Positions 48,399 to 57,708 of a stretch of DNA of 64,000 bases are shown piece after piece; position 1 is the stretch's first letter; every line of letters begins with the position of its first letter. Made by a program: the position numbers and the translations under genes. This DNA comes from Planctomycetota bacterium (GTDB lineage Bacteria; Planctomycetota; UBA8108; SXIK01). The DNA is taken from contig OZ244999.1 of the NCBI GenBank assembly GCA_965223265.1, forward strand, positions 5,792,001 through 5,856,000, given 5' to 3'. A model generated the notes under the pieces. That model had not been told where the DNA came from, did not search any database, and was given only the letters and a program-made list of their open reading frames with translations.

Positions 48399-49208
48399 TT
48401 ACGACTGACCATACCAAGGGCACAACTTGGCTCGGAGATGTCGCAGACAAAAGTCCATGAGGAATCCCACTCCACCCAAGACGACCAGATAGACGTAGAC
48501 AACGCTCATGTCGAGAAGTCGATTCTGGAGTCGTAAGTGGTACCCGAAGCCGACTTCGGCGACGAGATACTCGGCGGCGATCAGATAGACCATCGCTGGT
48601 CCTACCTGCAGCCGAACGCCGTCGATCGCACGCGGTAGAATCTGGCGGACGATCACGTTCCAAATCAATTCACCTTGAGAGGCTCCCAGGGTCGACGCTT
48701 TATAGAGGAGCTCCTCCGGCACGTCTTCTTTCGCAGCGTGGTAGATCGATTGAGCCAGTGTCGGCACCATCCCGAAGGCGATCATGGCAACGTACATCTC
48801 GTACCCTGTACCCACCAGCACGAAAAACACGGGAAGCATCGCCGTCGGTGGTATCTTCGCGAGGAACGCGAGCGGCGGATGGAGGAACGCCTCGACGGGA
48901 GCGTAGCAGCCCATGAGGAGCCCGATGACGATCGAGAGGGCGACGCCCGCCGCGAGGCCGGAGAGGAGACGCGAAAACAGAGTCGCCTTGGTGTCCTCCC
49001 AGATCCAAACTTCGCCCGTGCGGTCCGCCGTGAACACCTTCATGACGCCGTCGGTCCAAAGCTGCGACAAGCTCGGAATGCTGCGGTCGTCAGGATTCTC
49101 TGCAAGCTGGCGATACGACAGAAGCGAGTAAATACCAATCAGAAGCGCGATCGATAGAATTCCAAGCGCGACGCGCCAGCGACGAGAGAGCGGCCTGCGA
49201 ATCATCAT
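48399..49208 (-). CDS. NitT/TauT family ABC transporter permease
   Basis: Multiple TM segments; IPPTAMLP; EAA-like loop ASTLGAS; YLIAAE; GFGY. Confidence 0.95.
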   Translation of the reverse strand: MMIRRPLSRRWRVALGILSIALLIGIYSLLSYRQLAENPDDRSIPSLSQLWTDGVMKVFTADRTGEVWIWEDTKATLFSRLLSGLAAGVALSIVIGLLMGCYAPVEAFLHPPLAFLAKIPPTAMLPVFFVLVGTGYEMYVAMIAFGMVPTLAQSIYHAAKEDVPEELLYKASTLGASQGELIWNVIVRQILPRAIDGVRLQVGPAMVYLIAAEYLVAEVGFGYHLRLQNRLLDMSVVYVYLVVLGGVGFLMDFCLRHLRAKLCPWYGQS

Positions 49209-50272
49209 TTGGCGTCCCGCACGGCCTGCACGAAGCTGGGATCGATTCGCAGCTGCGCTTCCGCAGCTTGAGCGGCGCTACCGTAACCAATCGACGGCGC
49301 ACTCTCGATGATTTCGTGCGACTGGCAAAAATCGGTCACGGTCTTCATGGTCGCCTTCAGCTCTTCACCTGTGAAGAGCGCCAGCGCTTCCTCAGGTGTC
49401 TTGTAAAAGGCCGTCTGCTTCACGACCGTTTTCATCTCCTCGAGTCCGAGGCTCGAAAACTTCGCCCCGAGCGCCACAAGCGTTTCGTCTGCGGTCGCGG
49501 GCGCCGCAAGCAGCTTGTTCACCTCGTAGAACGCATCGACGACGGCATGTGCGAACGCCTGACCGTTAGGTTTGTCGAGAGAGGCCTGGGCTATGCAGAC
49601 CATGTCGACAATTTCTCCGGGGATCGTCGAGGAATCAAAGAGGACCTTCGCGTCCGGGCGCATCTTCAGGCTCTGCAAAACAAATGGATTCCACACCATG
49701 ATGGCGTTGTATCCATCCTGTTTCGTCTGCATGGCCTGCGCGGCCGCTCCTGGATCCATGTTGGTGAACTGGTGATCGGCTTCCTTCTCGCCCGCCTTCT
49801 CGAGGTTGCGAACGAAACAGTACTCCGACACGCTCTTGGACAAGCCGTACACTTTGTGACTGCGGAGCTCCTTGACGTCGGAGATGCCCGTGACGACGCA
49901 CGCGTCTGCTCCCACGCTCGTGCTTGTCGGCAAAACCGCGACCGACTTGCGTCCCAGCGCCGGATTGAGGATGTCCATGTTGGTGATGCACACCGCGTCG
50001 CATGCAGAGGTGTTGTACATCGTGATGCACGTGTCGTAGTCAACCTCCTTGAGGACGATGTCGACGTTCCACTTCTTCTCAATCGGTCCGAGCTCACCCT
50101 CTTTCCCATCGACGAGCCCCTTCTCCTCGGCGACACCGAAAACACTCCACGATGGATACTCACTCCACGCCAAGACGAAGCTCGGGTTCGTCTTCTCGGC
50201 GTCCGTACAACCCACTCCACACAGGACGGCCAAAAGACACAAAGAAGCGATGTTCACAAATGCTCGATGCAT
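49205..50272 (-). CDS. NitT/TauT (SsuA/NMT1-like) ABC substrate-binding lipoprotein
   Basis: Lipobox GVGC; TSVGADAC; VWNPF; FDSSTIPGEIVDM; ATGA overlap with the permease gene. Confidence 0.9.
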   Translation of the reverse strand: MHRAFVNIASLCLLAVLCGVGCTDAEKTNPSFVLAWSEYPSWSVFGVAEEKGLVDGKEGELGPIEKKWNVDIVLKEVDYDTCITMYNTSACDAVCITNMDILNPALGRKSVAVLPTSTSVGADACVVTGISDVKELRSHKVYGLSKSVSEYCFVRNLEKAGEKEADHQFTNMDPGAAAQAMQTKQDGYNAIMVWNPFVLQSLKMRPDAKVLFDSSTIPGEIVDMVCIAQASLDKPNGQAFAHAVVDAFYEVNKLLAAPATADETLVALGAKFSSLGLEEMKTVVKQTAFYKTPEEALALFTGEELKATMKTVTDFCQSHEIIESAPSIGYGSAAQAAEAQLRIDPSFVQAVRDAK

Positions 50273-50341
50273 GGCTCCACCTCTCAAGATTTGCTCTCAC
50301 ATACTGACCTGAATAGTCTCACAACGCCTCGTGCGATCAAC

Positions 50342-51169
50342 TCACTCCTCGGGCAGCCGCGGCGACGCGCTCTCACGCGTCTCTTCGGCTGGCGCATCGC
50401 TCTCCGCCGCCAATCCGATCAGCTGATCGAACTCCTCGGTCGCCGAGTGCGTCCGGGCGTACTCCAAAAACTCAGCTTCCTGACGCTTGGTGTCGGTGCC
50501 TGCCATCTCGCGTGAGATTCTGGCTTTCGCCTTCGTCTGCTCACGCAGCTCACGCAGCTCCTGGAGCTCGCGCGAGGTGCGGTCTTCGCTGATGCCTGCA
50601 ATCATATTGCTGATTTTTTCTTCTTCCGTCGCGGTGATGACATCGGCCACCGTCGCCGCAGCTTCTTCCTTGAGCTGGTCGATCTCACGCATGAGCTGCT
50701 GCAGCTGGACCTTATGGCCACCGACGTTCTCACTCAAGACCTTGACGTCTTCTTCGAGCTCTGAGATATGTGCCGTCTTCTCCTCTATGGTCGTACTGAA
50801 ATCGTTGAAGGCGGCGAGACACTTGGCGTAGTCTTCGTTCTTCTTGATCTCGTCCATAGAGATCCCTTTGGCACGGAGCTCGCTAACGACGCTCCGGGCC
50901 TTCGCGGCTGCACCTTCCTTCAGGCTCTCCAGACGGTTGACGTCGTCGGTCAGCTTCTTGATCGTCGCGAGCTTTTTCTCCTCTTGGGCGATCATCGCGG
51001 CGACTGCGTCTTTGTACTGTTTGATGCGCGCAGACTTTTCGCGAATCACGTTATCAAACGTGGCCTGGATCACGTAGGGACTCTTGTTGAGCTCCTTGCG
51101 AGCGCTGTCGATCCTTCCGGTGATCAGGTACCAGAAGGCTCTCATGTAGCGACCAATGGCTCCAAACAC
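50342..51169 (-). CDS. pspA: PspA/IM30 (Vipp1/ESCRT-III superfamily) protein
   Basis: Amphipathic N-helix MFGAIGRYMRAFWYL; conserved Pro (KSPY, like E. coli EDPQ); long coiled-coil hairpin; C-terminal EAEFLEYA..EEFDQL like LDDQFAEL..EQLAQL. Confidence 0.75.
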   Translation of the reverse strand: MFGAIGRYMRAFWYLITGRIDSARKELNKSPYVIQATFDNVIREKSARIKQYKDAVAAMIAQEEKKLATIKKLTDDVNRLESLKEGAAAKARSVVSELRAKGISMDEIKKNEDYAKCLAAFNDFSTTIEEKTAHISELEEDVKVLSENVGGHKVQLQQLMREIDQLKEEAAATVADVITATEEEKISNMIAGISEDRTSRELQELRELREQTKAKARISREMAGTDTKRQEAEFLEYARTHSATEEFDQLIGLAAESDAPAEETRESASPRLPEE

Positions 51170-51287
51170 GTCATTCTCCCTTCTTCATAGCAGTTTGTTT
51201 TCGATTCAATCGAGCTATTCAGCGCAGTTCAGCACGTCGCCGTGCACGCGCGGACGCATCTCACCTCGAGAACGACCAGATCCGGCC

Positions 51288-52034
51288 TCACTCTCGGCGG
51301 GTCATGGCTTCGCCGACCTCCGTCTCCATGCTGCGGATTCGTTCTTCTACGCGTTTCGCGACCTCAAGACTCTCGTCCAGCTCACGTCGAATGCGAGCCA
51401 GATCCTCTGAACCGTCACGATTCACCGCCAACGCCTGCACGCCGTCGACGGTTCGTTCCAACTGCTCGATGCTCTTTTCGACTTCAACAATCAGCTTTTC
51501 CCGATTGCCAAGGATTGTATCGCGCGCCTTCGTCGTCCGCATGTTCTCAGCGCGGCGCCACAAATCGAGACTCCGCCGCAGGGAATCGAGGCACCCCTGA
51601 AATAGACGCTCAACTTTCGTGGCCATTTCAAACGCCACCTTAGATCCGAGACCATCGGCCCAGCCAGTGTCCTTCCGAAAGGCTCCGTACAGCTCGCGAA
51701 GCGCCCGCAAGCTTTCTTCCGTGCGCTCATCTTCATCTTGGCGGAGCTGCCGATCGAGCTCGTCGAGCGCCGCCTCGCGCTCAAACGCGGCTTCATCTTG
51801 GATTTCCTTCAACGCCCGCTTGGAGATGTCGTCGAGACTCAGAATCCAGCGCGTCGCAACAGCGCCAACGCCGCCGAGGAGGCCGCAAATTCCAACAAAT
51901 GCGGTCAAATCCATCGTGCTTCCGAATCCCCACGAGATGATCAACAGGCTCAGTCCAAGTACAACCGGGATGAGAGACCACGGCGACACGAAGAGGCTTT
52001 GAAGAACCTTTCTCCGAAACCTAGACGTATCCAT
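51288..52034 (-). CDS. Two-TM membrane protein with a cytoplasmic helical bundle (XpaC-like PspA partner)
   Basis: Two N-terminal hydrophobic helices followed by charged coiled coils; lies directly upstream of the pspA-like gene. Confidence 0.7.
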   Translation of the reverse strand: MDTSRFRRKVLQSLFVSPWSLIPVVLGLSLLIISWGFGSTMDLTAFVGICGLLGGVGAVATRWILSLDDISKRALKEIQDEAAFEREAALDELDRQLRQDEDERTEESLRALRELYGAFRKDTGWADGLGSKVAFEMATKVERLFQGCLDSLRRSLDLWRRAENMRTTKARDTILGNREKLIVEVEKSIEQLERTVDGVQALAVNRDGSEDLARIRRELDESLEVAKRVEERIRSMETEVGEAMTRRE

Positions 52035-52049
52035 GCAGCGATCCCCGAA

Positions 52050-53828
52050 TCAGTACGGCGGTTGCCCCAGAACAAAAGTCACGGACTGGGCAGCGCCCCC
52101 TGTTTCTTTCGGCTCACTTGCGACGGCATAAACTCTTTCTTCCGGTATTCCCGCGGTGATCATGAAATCGGCTGCAGCTCGCGCGCGATCGAGCGCCAAC
52201 TTGCGATTGGCATCAGGATCGCCGACCTGACGAGTGTGTCCCTTCACCACAACGTAGTATCCGGGCCACGACTTGAGCTTCTTCACGAGATCACTCAGAA
52301 CATGTCGGCTCTGAGGCGTCAACGTGGCGCCGCCACGGCGAAAGACGAGTGGAGCCACGCGAACGACGCCGACATCGACGATCGCCTCGATCTGCGTTGA
52401 GTTCAAACGCGGCAGCGGCACCTCACCCTGAATCGTCTCGCCACGCCCAAGCCCACCCGGGTGGAAGCCGCTTTGATGTAACGCTCGAAGAATTCCGTCG
52501 TGTACGAACAACTCAGCATTGCCACCGGTTGGATCTCGATCGATCGCCTCGGTATTGACCAGCACCTCGGTGAGATTGGAGATGATTTCCCGCAGCGGCT
52601 GGACGCCTTTGGCTTGCGCCGCGGAGATGATTTCCATATGAGCGTAGTTCTCAATCGTATTCTTCCAGCGAATCGTATCGATCAGTCGCTCAGCCTGCTG
52701 CGAATCAAGTGGTTGGCCAAGGCGTCCCGCGTCTTCCGTCACCAGCTGAGCGACGTCTTCACGCGACTGCATAGAAGCAAACCGAGTGCGAAGATACGCT
52801 CTGACAAACCGTGTGACCAAGTCTGCATCGCTGGTGAGGATTCGGTCACCCACGACGAGAGCATCGACGATGAATCCCCTGAACTTCCCGCTATCGGTGA
52901 TGACATGCGTTCCAGGCGTTTCCAAGATCTTCGAGACGAATGGCTCCCACAGAACATACGCGTGCGGCTCGGTACGCGAGGCACGCCGAAACCGCTCGAA
53001 GACGTCCTTCGCCCCGTCCGCTTCGATCCATGCACTACGCGAGAGACTCGACAAATCGAAGTGTGCCATGAGAACGCGCGCCAGAGTCTCGCTGGGCGAA
53101 TTGCGCGTTGCGACGATGCGCACCGCCGCGTCGTTCAGAGCGTCAACATTAGCAATCGCCGATTCATACGCGACCATGGCATCAGCTCCGGTCGTCTCGT
53201 CGACAAGACAGACGATCTTCGCCGGCATGTCGCGCAGCTGAAAGCTCGTTTGGATCAAGCCATCGATCGGAAAGAGAGCCAGATGCACTTCACCGCTCTG
53301 CAGCTTGCGGATGCGTTGCAAGTAGTCAGCGCCGTCGTCTTCAATCTGAAGACGCAACCCTTCCAAAGCGAGTGCTTGACGGAATGCGTCGGATCGAAAT
53401 AGGAAGTAGCCGGAGAACGAGTCGAGGGCGAGCTTCACCGGCTTCAGCGCCGGAAGGTCGGCGATCGTTCTCTCGAGCCGTACCGTTTCGGACTCGATCT
53501 CCTCGGCGCTCGCAGATCCTGGAAGCGGCTTCACCATAACACCGCGAGATTGAAGATCTCGCAGCGCTTCAGAATAGCTCGTCCATTTTGCGAGTCGCCG
53601 TCCCTCGCGTTCGATCACCTGCTCGGCTTCCTCAACGCTCACACCCTCAGGCAACGCCGCGAGGACGAAACCCGACGTTTCGCTCTCACTCTGCAGGCGC
53701 TCGTACGCCCCTGCGAGCTTCCGACTCTCGTACTCCGAGAAGTGCTTGTAGATTGCGACGCCGGCGCTGAGAAGCAAAAGCCAAACCAGGCTGACTGCGA
53801 TGACCCTTCCTGCTTTTGACTGACTCAC
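52050..53828 (-). CDS. Membrane-anchored SsuA/NMT1-like substrate-binding domain fused to an OmpA-like domain
   Basis: N-terminal TM; ALDSFSGY; DETTGADAMV; VLWEPF; FIVDALVV; VKGHT..GDPDANRKLALDRARAAADFM..GIPEERV; TAGTG overlap with the VWA gene. Confidence 0.85.
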   Translation of the reverse strand: MSQSKAGRVIAVSLVWLLLLSAGVAIYKHFSEYESRKLAGAYERLQSESETSGFVLAALPEGVSVEEAEQVIEREGRRLAKWTSYSEALRDLQSRGVMVKPLPGSASAEEIESETVRLERTIADLPALKPVKLALDSFSGYFLFRSDAFRQALALEGLRLQIEDDGADYLQRIRKLQSGEVHLALFPIDGLIQTSFQLRDMPAKIVCLVDETTGADAMVAYESAIANVDALNDAAVRIVATRNSPSETLARVLMAHFDLSSLSRSAWIEADGAKDVFERFRRASRTEPHAYVLWEPFVSKILETPGTHVITDSGKFRGFIVDALVVGDRILTSDADLVTRFVRAYLRTRFASMQSREDVAQLVTEDAGRLGQPLDSQQAERLIDTIRWKNTIENYAHMEIISAAQAKGVQPLREIISNLTEVLVNTEAIDRDPTGGNAELFVHDGILRALHQSGFHPGGLGRGETIQGEVPLPRLNSTQIEAIVDVGVVRVAPLVFRRGGATLTPQSRHVLSDLVKKLKSWPGYYVVVKGHTRQVGDPDANRKLALDRARAAADFMITAGIPEERVYAVASEPKETGGAAQSVTFVLGQPPY

Positions 53829-54862
53829 TACCGACCTCGATACCTCTGTCTTCTTCGCTTGCGACGCACTTTTCTTTGAGCAGCAAAGGCAAACCCCACC
53901 ACCAAAAGCACAATGACGACGACGCGCCCGAATCCGTCCGAGTCACCACTGTTTCCTCCGGCAGGCGCCCCCACTGGGTTAGAGCCTGGAACGTGTGGCG
54001 AAGGAAGGTTGGTTGGACGCGACGTCGGTCCGGAGGTGGATTCGCGAGCTCTGCTGGATGTTGCAGCGCCAGATCCGATCGGTTGATCCGATGTCGCCAG
54101 AGCTCCGAGCGCCGCGATCAGATCACCGGCGGCGGAATCTGGAATCGCGGCAACCACGGCAAAAGCCTCTTCGTCGACCGTGCCATCCCCAACGCTTCCC
54201 ACCTCAGCGAAAACCTCGCTGAGCGCCTTTTTCAAGGCGGACGAATCGTCAGCACGTCGATAGCCATGCACTCGCGTCGCCAGCGAGTGGTCTGTCTTCA
54301 TGTCGACACCAACCACATCGATCGTTAGACCACGCGCCAGGATCTCGGGCAAGAAAGCTTCAACGAGTTGAGGATCCGAAGCCTTGCCATCCGTTACGAT
54401 GAGCAACCGAAACGTGCCGTAACCTCGCTGTTCCTTGCGGCGCGCGAGCAGCATGTCGCTGCCCTTCTTCAGGTAAGCGCCAAGCGGCGTCCCTGCGTTG
54501 GGTTCGATGGGAGCCAAAGCCTGGCGCAGCACGTCGAGGTCGACAGGGCCCAGAGGGTAGACGAGATCGTTCGTGACGCCGTGCCCGCTGAAGACGAGAA
54601 CACCGACGTGCGTCGTCGGCGGCACTTGGCCGAGGACCGCGAGCAGCGATTCTTTCGCGATGCTCATCTTCGAACGCCCGCTGCCGTGCATCGGCTCCTT
54701 CATCGATCCCGATGCATCGAGAACGACGACGATGTTATCGCTAATACTCGTCGCGGCAGGTGGCTCTTGCGCCGCCAACCATGACGAAGCAGGACCTGCC
54801 AGAAGAGCGATCGAGAACGCGTTCAAAAAAAGCGTCCAAAAACATTCCTTCCTCATGGTCAT
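53828..54862 (-). CDS. Exported VWA domain protein with C-terminal TM anchor
   Basis: MIDAS DASGSM; GTPLG; IVTDG; signal peptide; S/P/G-rich linker, TM and basic tail. Confidence 0.92.
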   Translation of the reverse strand: MTMRKECFWTLFLNAFSIALLAGPASSWLAAQEPPAATSISDNIVVVLDASGSMKEPMHGSGRSKMSIAKESLLAVLGQVPPTTHVGVLVFSGHGVTNDLVYPLGPVDLDVLRQALAPIEPNAGTPLGAYLKKGSDMLLARRKEQRGYGTFRLLIVTDGKASDPQLVEAFLPEILARGLTIDVVGVDMKTDHSLATRVHGYRRADDSSALKKALSEVFAEVGSVGDGTVDEEAFAVVAAIPDSAAGDLIAALGALATSDQPIGSGAATSSRARESTSGPTSRPTNLPSPHVPGSNPVGAPAGGNSGDSDGFGRVVVIVLLVVGFAFAAQRKVRRKRRRQRYRGR

Positions 54863-54901
54863 CTCCCTTCAGTCACAGAGTGCGTGAGCGGTGCCATTGG
54901 C

Positions 54902-56698
54902 TTAGAAATCGAATTCGCTCTGAGACACGGACTCTGCCTTGACACGGAGGAGTCGGAACTCGACGCGCATATTCTCCTTTGACTCGCCGAGATCGCGTGG
55001 CCGTGCGATGACCGGCTCAATGATGCCGGCACCAATCGCTTGGAGCTGCTTCTCGTTCAGCCGAAACTGCTTCGACTCAGCGTATCTCACGATCGTTCGC
55101 CGCACTTCCTCAGCACGCCGCTGGGACAGATTCAACGCCGCCTGCATGGTTCGGCTTGGATCGTTTTCGCCGCCGTTGAACGCCCCCGATTGGACGAGCT
55201 CGACGATTCTCGAGGTCTCGTTGAGGTCAAGTGGCCTGCCCTCAACGAAGTAGCGGTAGTTGCCTCGCGTGCCAGTCCTCTTGATGATGCCCTTCTTGAG
55301 TCCAGCCATGACCAAGTCGCGGAGCGTACGCGTGGGATCAGCGTGACCTCGAATGGCGAAAACCGCGTTGCCGTAGAGTGAAGCATTCTCGACGACGCGC
55401 TGGAATTCAGCTTCGTACTGGCGAACGGGAAACTTCGTCTGGTTGGGCTCGAAGCTGATCGTGAAGGAGAGGAGCGTGCCCTCAGTCTCGACGCCTTCGC
55501 CGATTTCAGGCCCGCCTTCTGCCAGTTGCGTTTTTGTCAGCCCGCCCAGCCGAGTCAGTTGGGGGAACTCGAGATCGTGCATGAGGAGATCGATACGATT
55601 CTTCGCATAGCCTTGTGCAACTGCCAATTGCAAGGCTTCCCGCTGCTTCGTTTCGAAGCCGCTCAAGAATCCTGCCTCTTCGAAGAACAGCCGGTTGCCA
55701 CTCAAGAAGACGAACTCGCAATCCGAGATCAACCCGTCCGCCTCGGCGGCATTTGGGATGACGTCCGAACCGTAGATCTTTTGGGTCAACTCGAGAACGG
55801 CCGAATACTCACGCGACGACCCACTACTCTGGTATCCCCTTTTCATTTCTGCGACGTCTTCACACCCTTTCAGGTAGCCCGCAGCGAACTTCTCGACGAG
55901 GCCGCGTTGGGAGTCGTAGAAGTCCTTACGACAGGCGTAGACGTCCGCGATCGATCGGTTCATGTTGAGCGTCGACACCGCGACGTGGGCTCCCTTGACG
56001 GTGCCCTCGGCTCCGGTTCCGGCGGCGTCGAGACCGCCGGTGAGCCCAATCATGTCCGGCGAGATCACCATGCAGGCGTCGACACTGGAATCGGCGCGAA
56101 AACGAGACGCTGGCCCGCCGTCACCCGTTAATTCCTTCACCCAGACGACGTCGATATCGCTCCACCCGAGACGAGCACTCTTCAAGATATCGTCGAGCAT
56201 GCCGACGTGCGGGCCGCCTTGCTGGAGCACGACTTTCTTTCCCTTGAGGTCGTCCAGAGTTTCAATCTCAGCGCGCCCCACCATGTGGTCCCCCTGCGAC
56301 CACGTGAGCTGCAAAAAGACCACCGGGCGCGTGCGCGGATCCGAGCCCACGACTTCCGACGCCATGCCGATCATTCGCAGGGTGCCGCGAAGAAACGGCG
56401 TATCCCCCGCCATGTAGCGCTTGACCTGACCGACGAAGTCATCACCTGCGACGAGCTTCAGGTTCAGCCCGAGCTCCTGAAAGATCGAGCCGCGCTTCGT
56501 TGCAAGCCCGCCATTAGCATAGAACGTGGCAACGTCGCCGCCCCACGTGATGTAGGGCACCTCCAGCACTCCCTGCGCCTTCACGTTGCCCACGGGCGCA
56601 CGCCCGACGAGCTGCGCGAAAGACTCCTGCGCGCTCACGGACGTCCCGAAGCTCAACAGCGCCGCGAGCGCTCCGAACAGAAACGTTCTCGACTTCAT
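54902..56698 (-). CDS. Secreted SsuA/NMT1-like substrate-binding domain fused to an OmpA-like domain
   Basis: Signal MKSRTFL..VSAQ; YITWGGD; LTWSQGDHMV; SIADVYACR; ISFEPNQ..IRGHADP..NLSQRRAEEVR..ENMRVEF. Confidence 0.88.
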   Translation of the reverse strand: MKSRTFLFGALAALLSFGTSVSAQESFAQLVGRAPVGNVKAQGVLEVPYITWGGDVATFYANGGLATKRGSIFQELGLNLKLVAGDDFVGQVKRYMAGDTPFLRGTLRMIGMASEVVGSDPRTRPVVFLQLTWSQGDHMVGRAEIETLDDLKGKKVVLQQGGPHVGMLDDILKSARLGWSDIDVVWVKELTGDGGPASRFRADSSVDACMVISPDMIGLTGGLDAAGTGAEGTVKGAHVAVSTLNMNRSIADVYACRKDFYDSQRGLVEKFAAGYLKGCEDVAEMKRGYQSSGSSREYSAVLELTQKIYGSDVIPNAAEADGLISDCEFVFLSGNRLFFEEAGFLSGFETKQREALQLAVAQGYAKNRIDLLMHDLEFPQLTRLGGLTKTQLAEGGPEIGEGVETEGTLLSFTISFEPNQTKFPVRQYEAEFQRVVENASLYGNAVFAIRGHADPTRTLRDLVMAGLKKGIIKRTGTRGNYRYFVEGRPLDLNETSRIVELVQSGAFNGGENDPSRTMQAALNLSQRRAEEVRRTIVRYAESKQFRLNEKQLQAIGAGIIEPVIARPRDLGESKENMRVEFRLLRVKAESVSQSEFDF

Positions 56699-57307
56699 AA
56701 GTTCCCCCTTTCGAATTTTAGCCGCCGTGAGCGCCACACTGCAGAGCCGCCCGCTGCAGGCCGACGATCCAGACGGAGGGCGGCGGTGAGGCGTGACGCG
56801 GTGTCGAAACCGAAGCCTCGTTCGCTGCAAGGTCCCATGCCACGTCGACGGCGCGAGAGTAGCGGCGTTATTATCTCCTTTCGTAGCGCTCAATGTCAAA
56901 ACTTGCACGCAAGAGACGCGAAGGAGCCCTACACCACAGATGCCTCGGAGATCGCGATGGAGACTTGGGCACAAGGCGGCCAGGAAGCGGTCGACTCGAC
57001 CCGACAAGGAGCTTCGTCAATCCCCTCGCGCGCTACTCCCGATATCCGAGCGAACGCGTTCCGCCTCGAGCGGTTTCGCTCATTCGACTCCCTGCCGCGA
57101 GTCGGGCGGATCGATCCGGTTCTCGATGGGTTCTTTGACCGCGACCCATTGCAAGGTCAGAGTCGTCGCCGCTCCGAGAGCCGCGCCTACAGTGCGCCAA
57201 TGTCCCCTAATGAGACGTCGCGATGGCAGCAGCGTTTCAAAAAATCGGCCGAAGTCTCCATGATTCGCGAAAGAGGCGACTGAGCGAATCGGCAACGACC
57301 GGACGCT

Positions 57308-57568
57308 TAGCCTCGAGTTTGGCCATTTCGCGTCGAGCCTGCCAGCGCCAGGAGCGTCGAGGTCAAGGAACGACTCGGGCGCGATCCCGCTCGGGTCGTG
57401 GCGGAGGACGGGCGCAGGCCTCGGCGCTCCTGGCGTTCCCCGAAGGGCCGGACAGGAGTTTTTGAATGGGCACAAGGGTTCTCAGGGAACGAAAAAGTCG
57501 AAAGGGCCTCGGAACCCCCGCGAAACTCGTCCGGCCAGGCCGGCGCGAAATGGCCAAACTCGAGGCTA
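57308..57568. mobile_element. MITE-like element B (261 bp) with perfect 25-bp terminal inverted repeats
   Basis: TAGCCTCGAGTTTGGCCATTTCGCG (57308-57332) and CGCGAAATGGCCAAACTCGAGGCTA (57544-57568); internal stem CGCCAGGAGCGTCGAGGTC / GGCCTCGGCGCTCCTGGCG. Confidence 0.75.
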
Positions 57569-57708
57569 GGCTAGAGGAGGCCAACGCCGCCAACGAGGTC
57601 TTTGAGCTCCGCCCCTTGGCCTCCGGAAGAATCACCGCCGAAGACGACACAAAACGGGCGAGGCGCCACTTTGGCGGGACGCCTCGCCCGTTGTCTCCCT
57701 GCAAAATC

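Noticed and set aside
47416-50272. Naming the ABC unit ssuABC, tauABC or a urea transporter
   Set aside because: The family is clear but the substrate cannot be inferred, and there are no sulfonate, taurine or urea catabolic genes nearby.
49268-50515. 415-aa plus-strand ORF (also 52500-53402, 56207-57283, 62575-63729, 30785-31870)
   Set aside because: Antisense shadows of well-supported genes, expected in GC-rich DNA.
56826-56842. Sigma54-like TGGCATGGGACCTTGCA on the minus strand upstream of the PspA operon
   Set aside because: GG-to-GC spacing is 11 nt, not the strict 10, so it is not called a promoter despite the tempting PspF/sigma54 analogy.
57080-57704. Short minus-strand ORFs (57363-57704, 57080-57475) as RHS immunity candidates
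   Set aside because: Both run through the MITE-like element and are low-complexity Arg/Ser/Pro-rich; no coding support.
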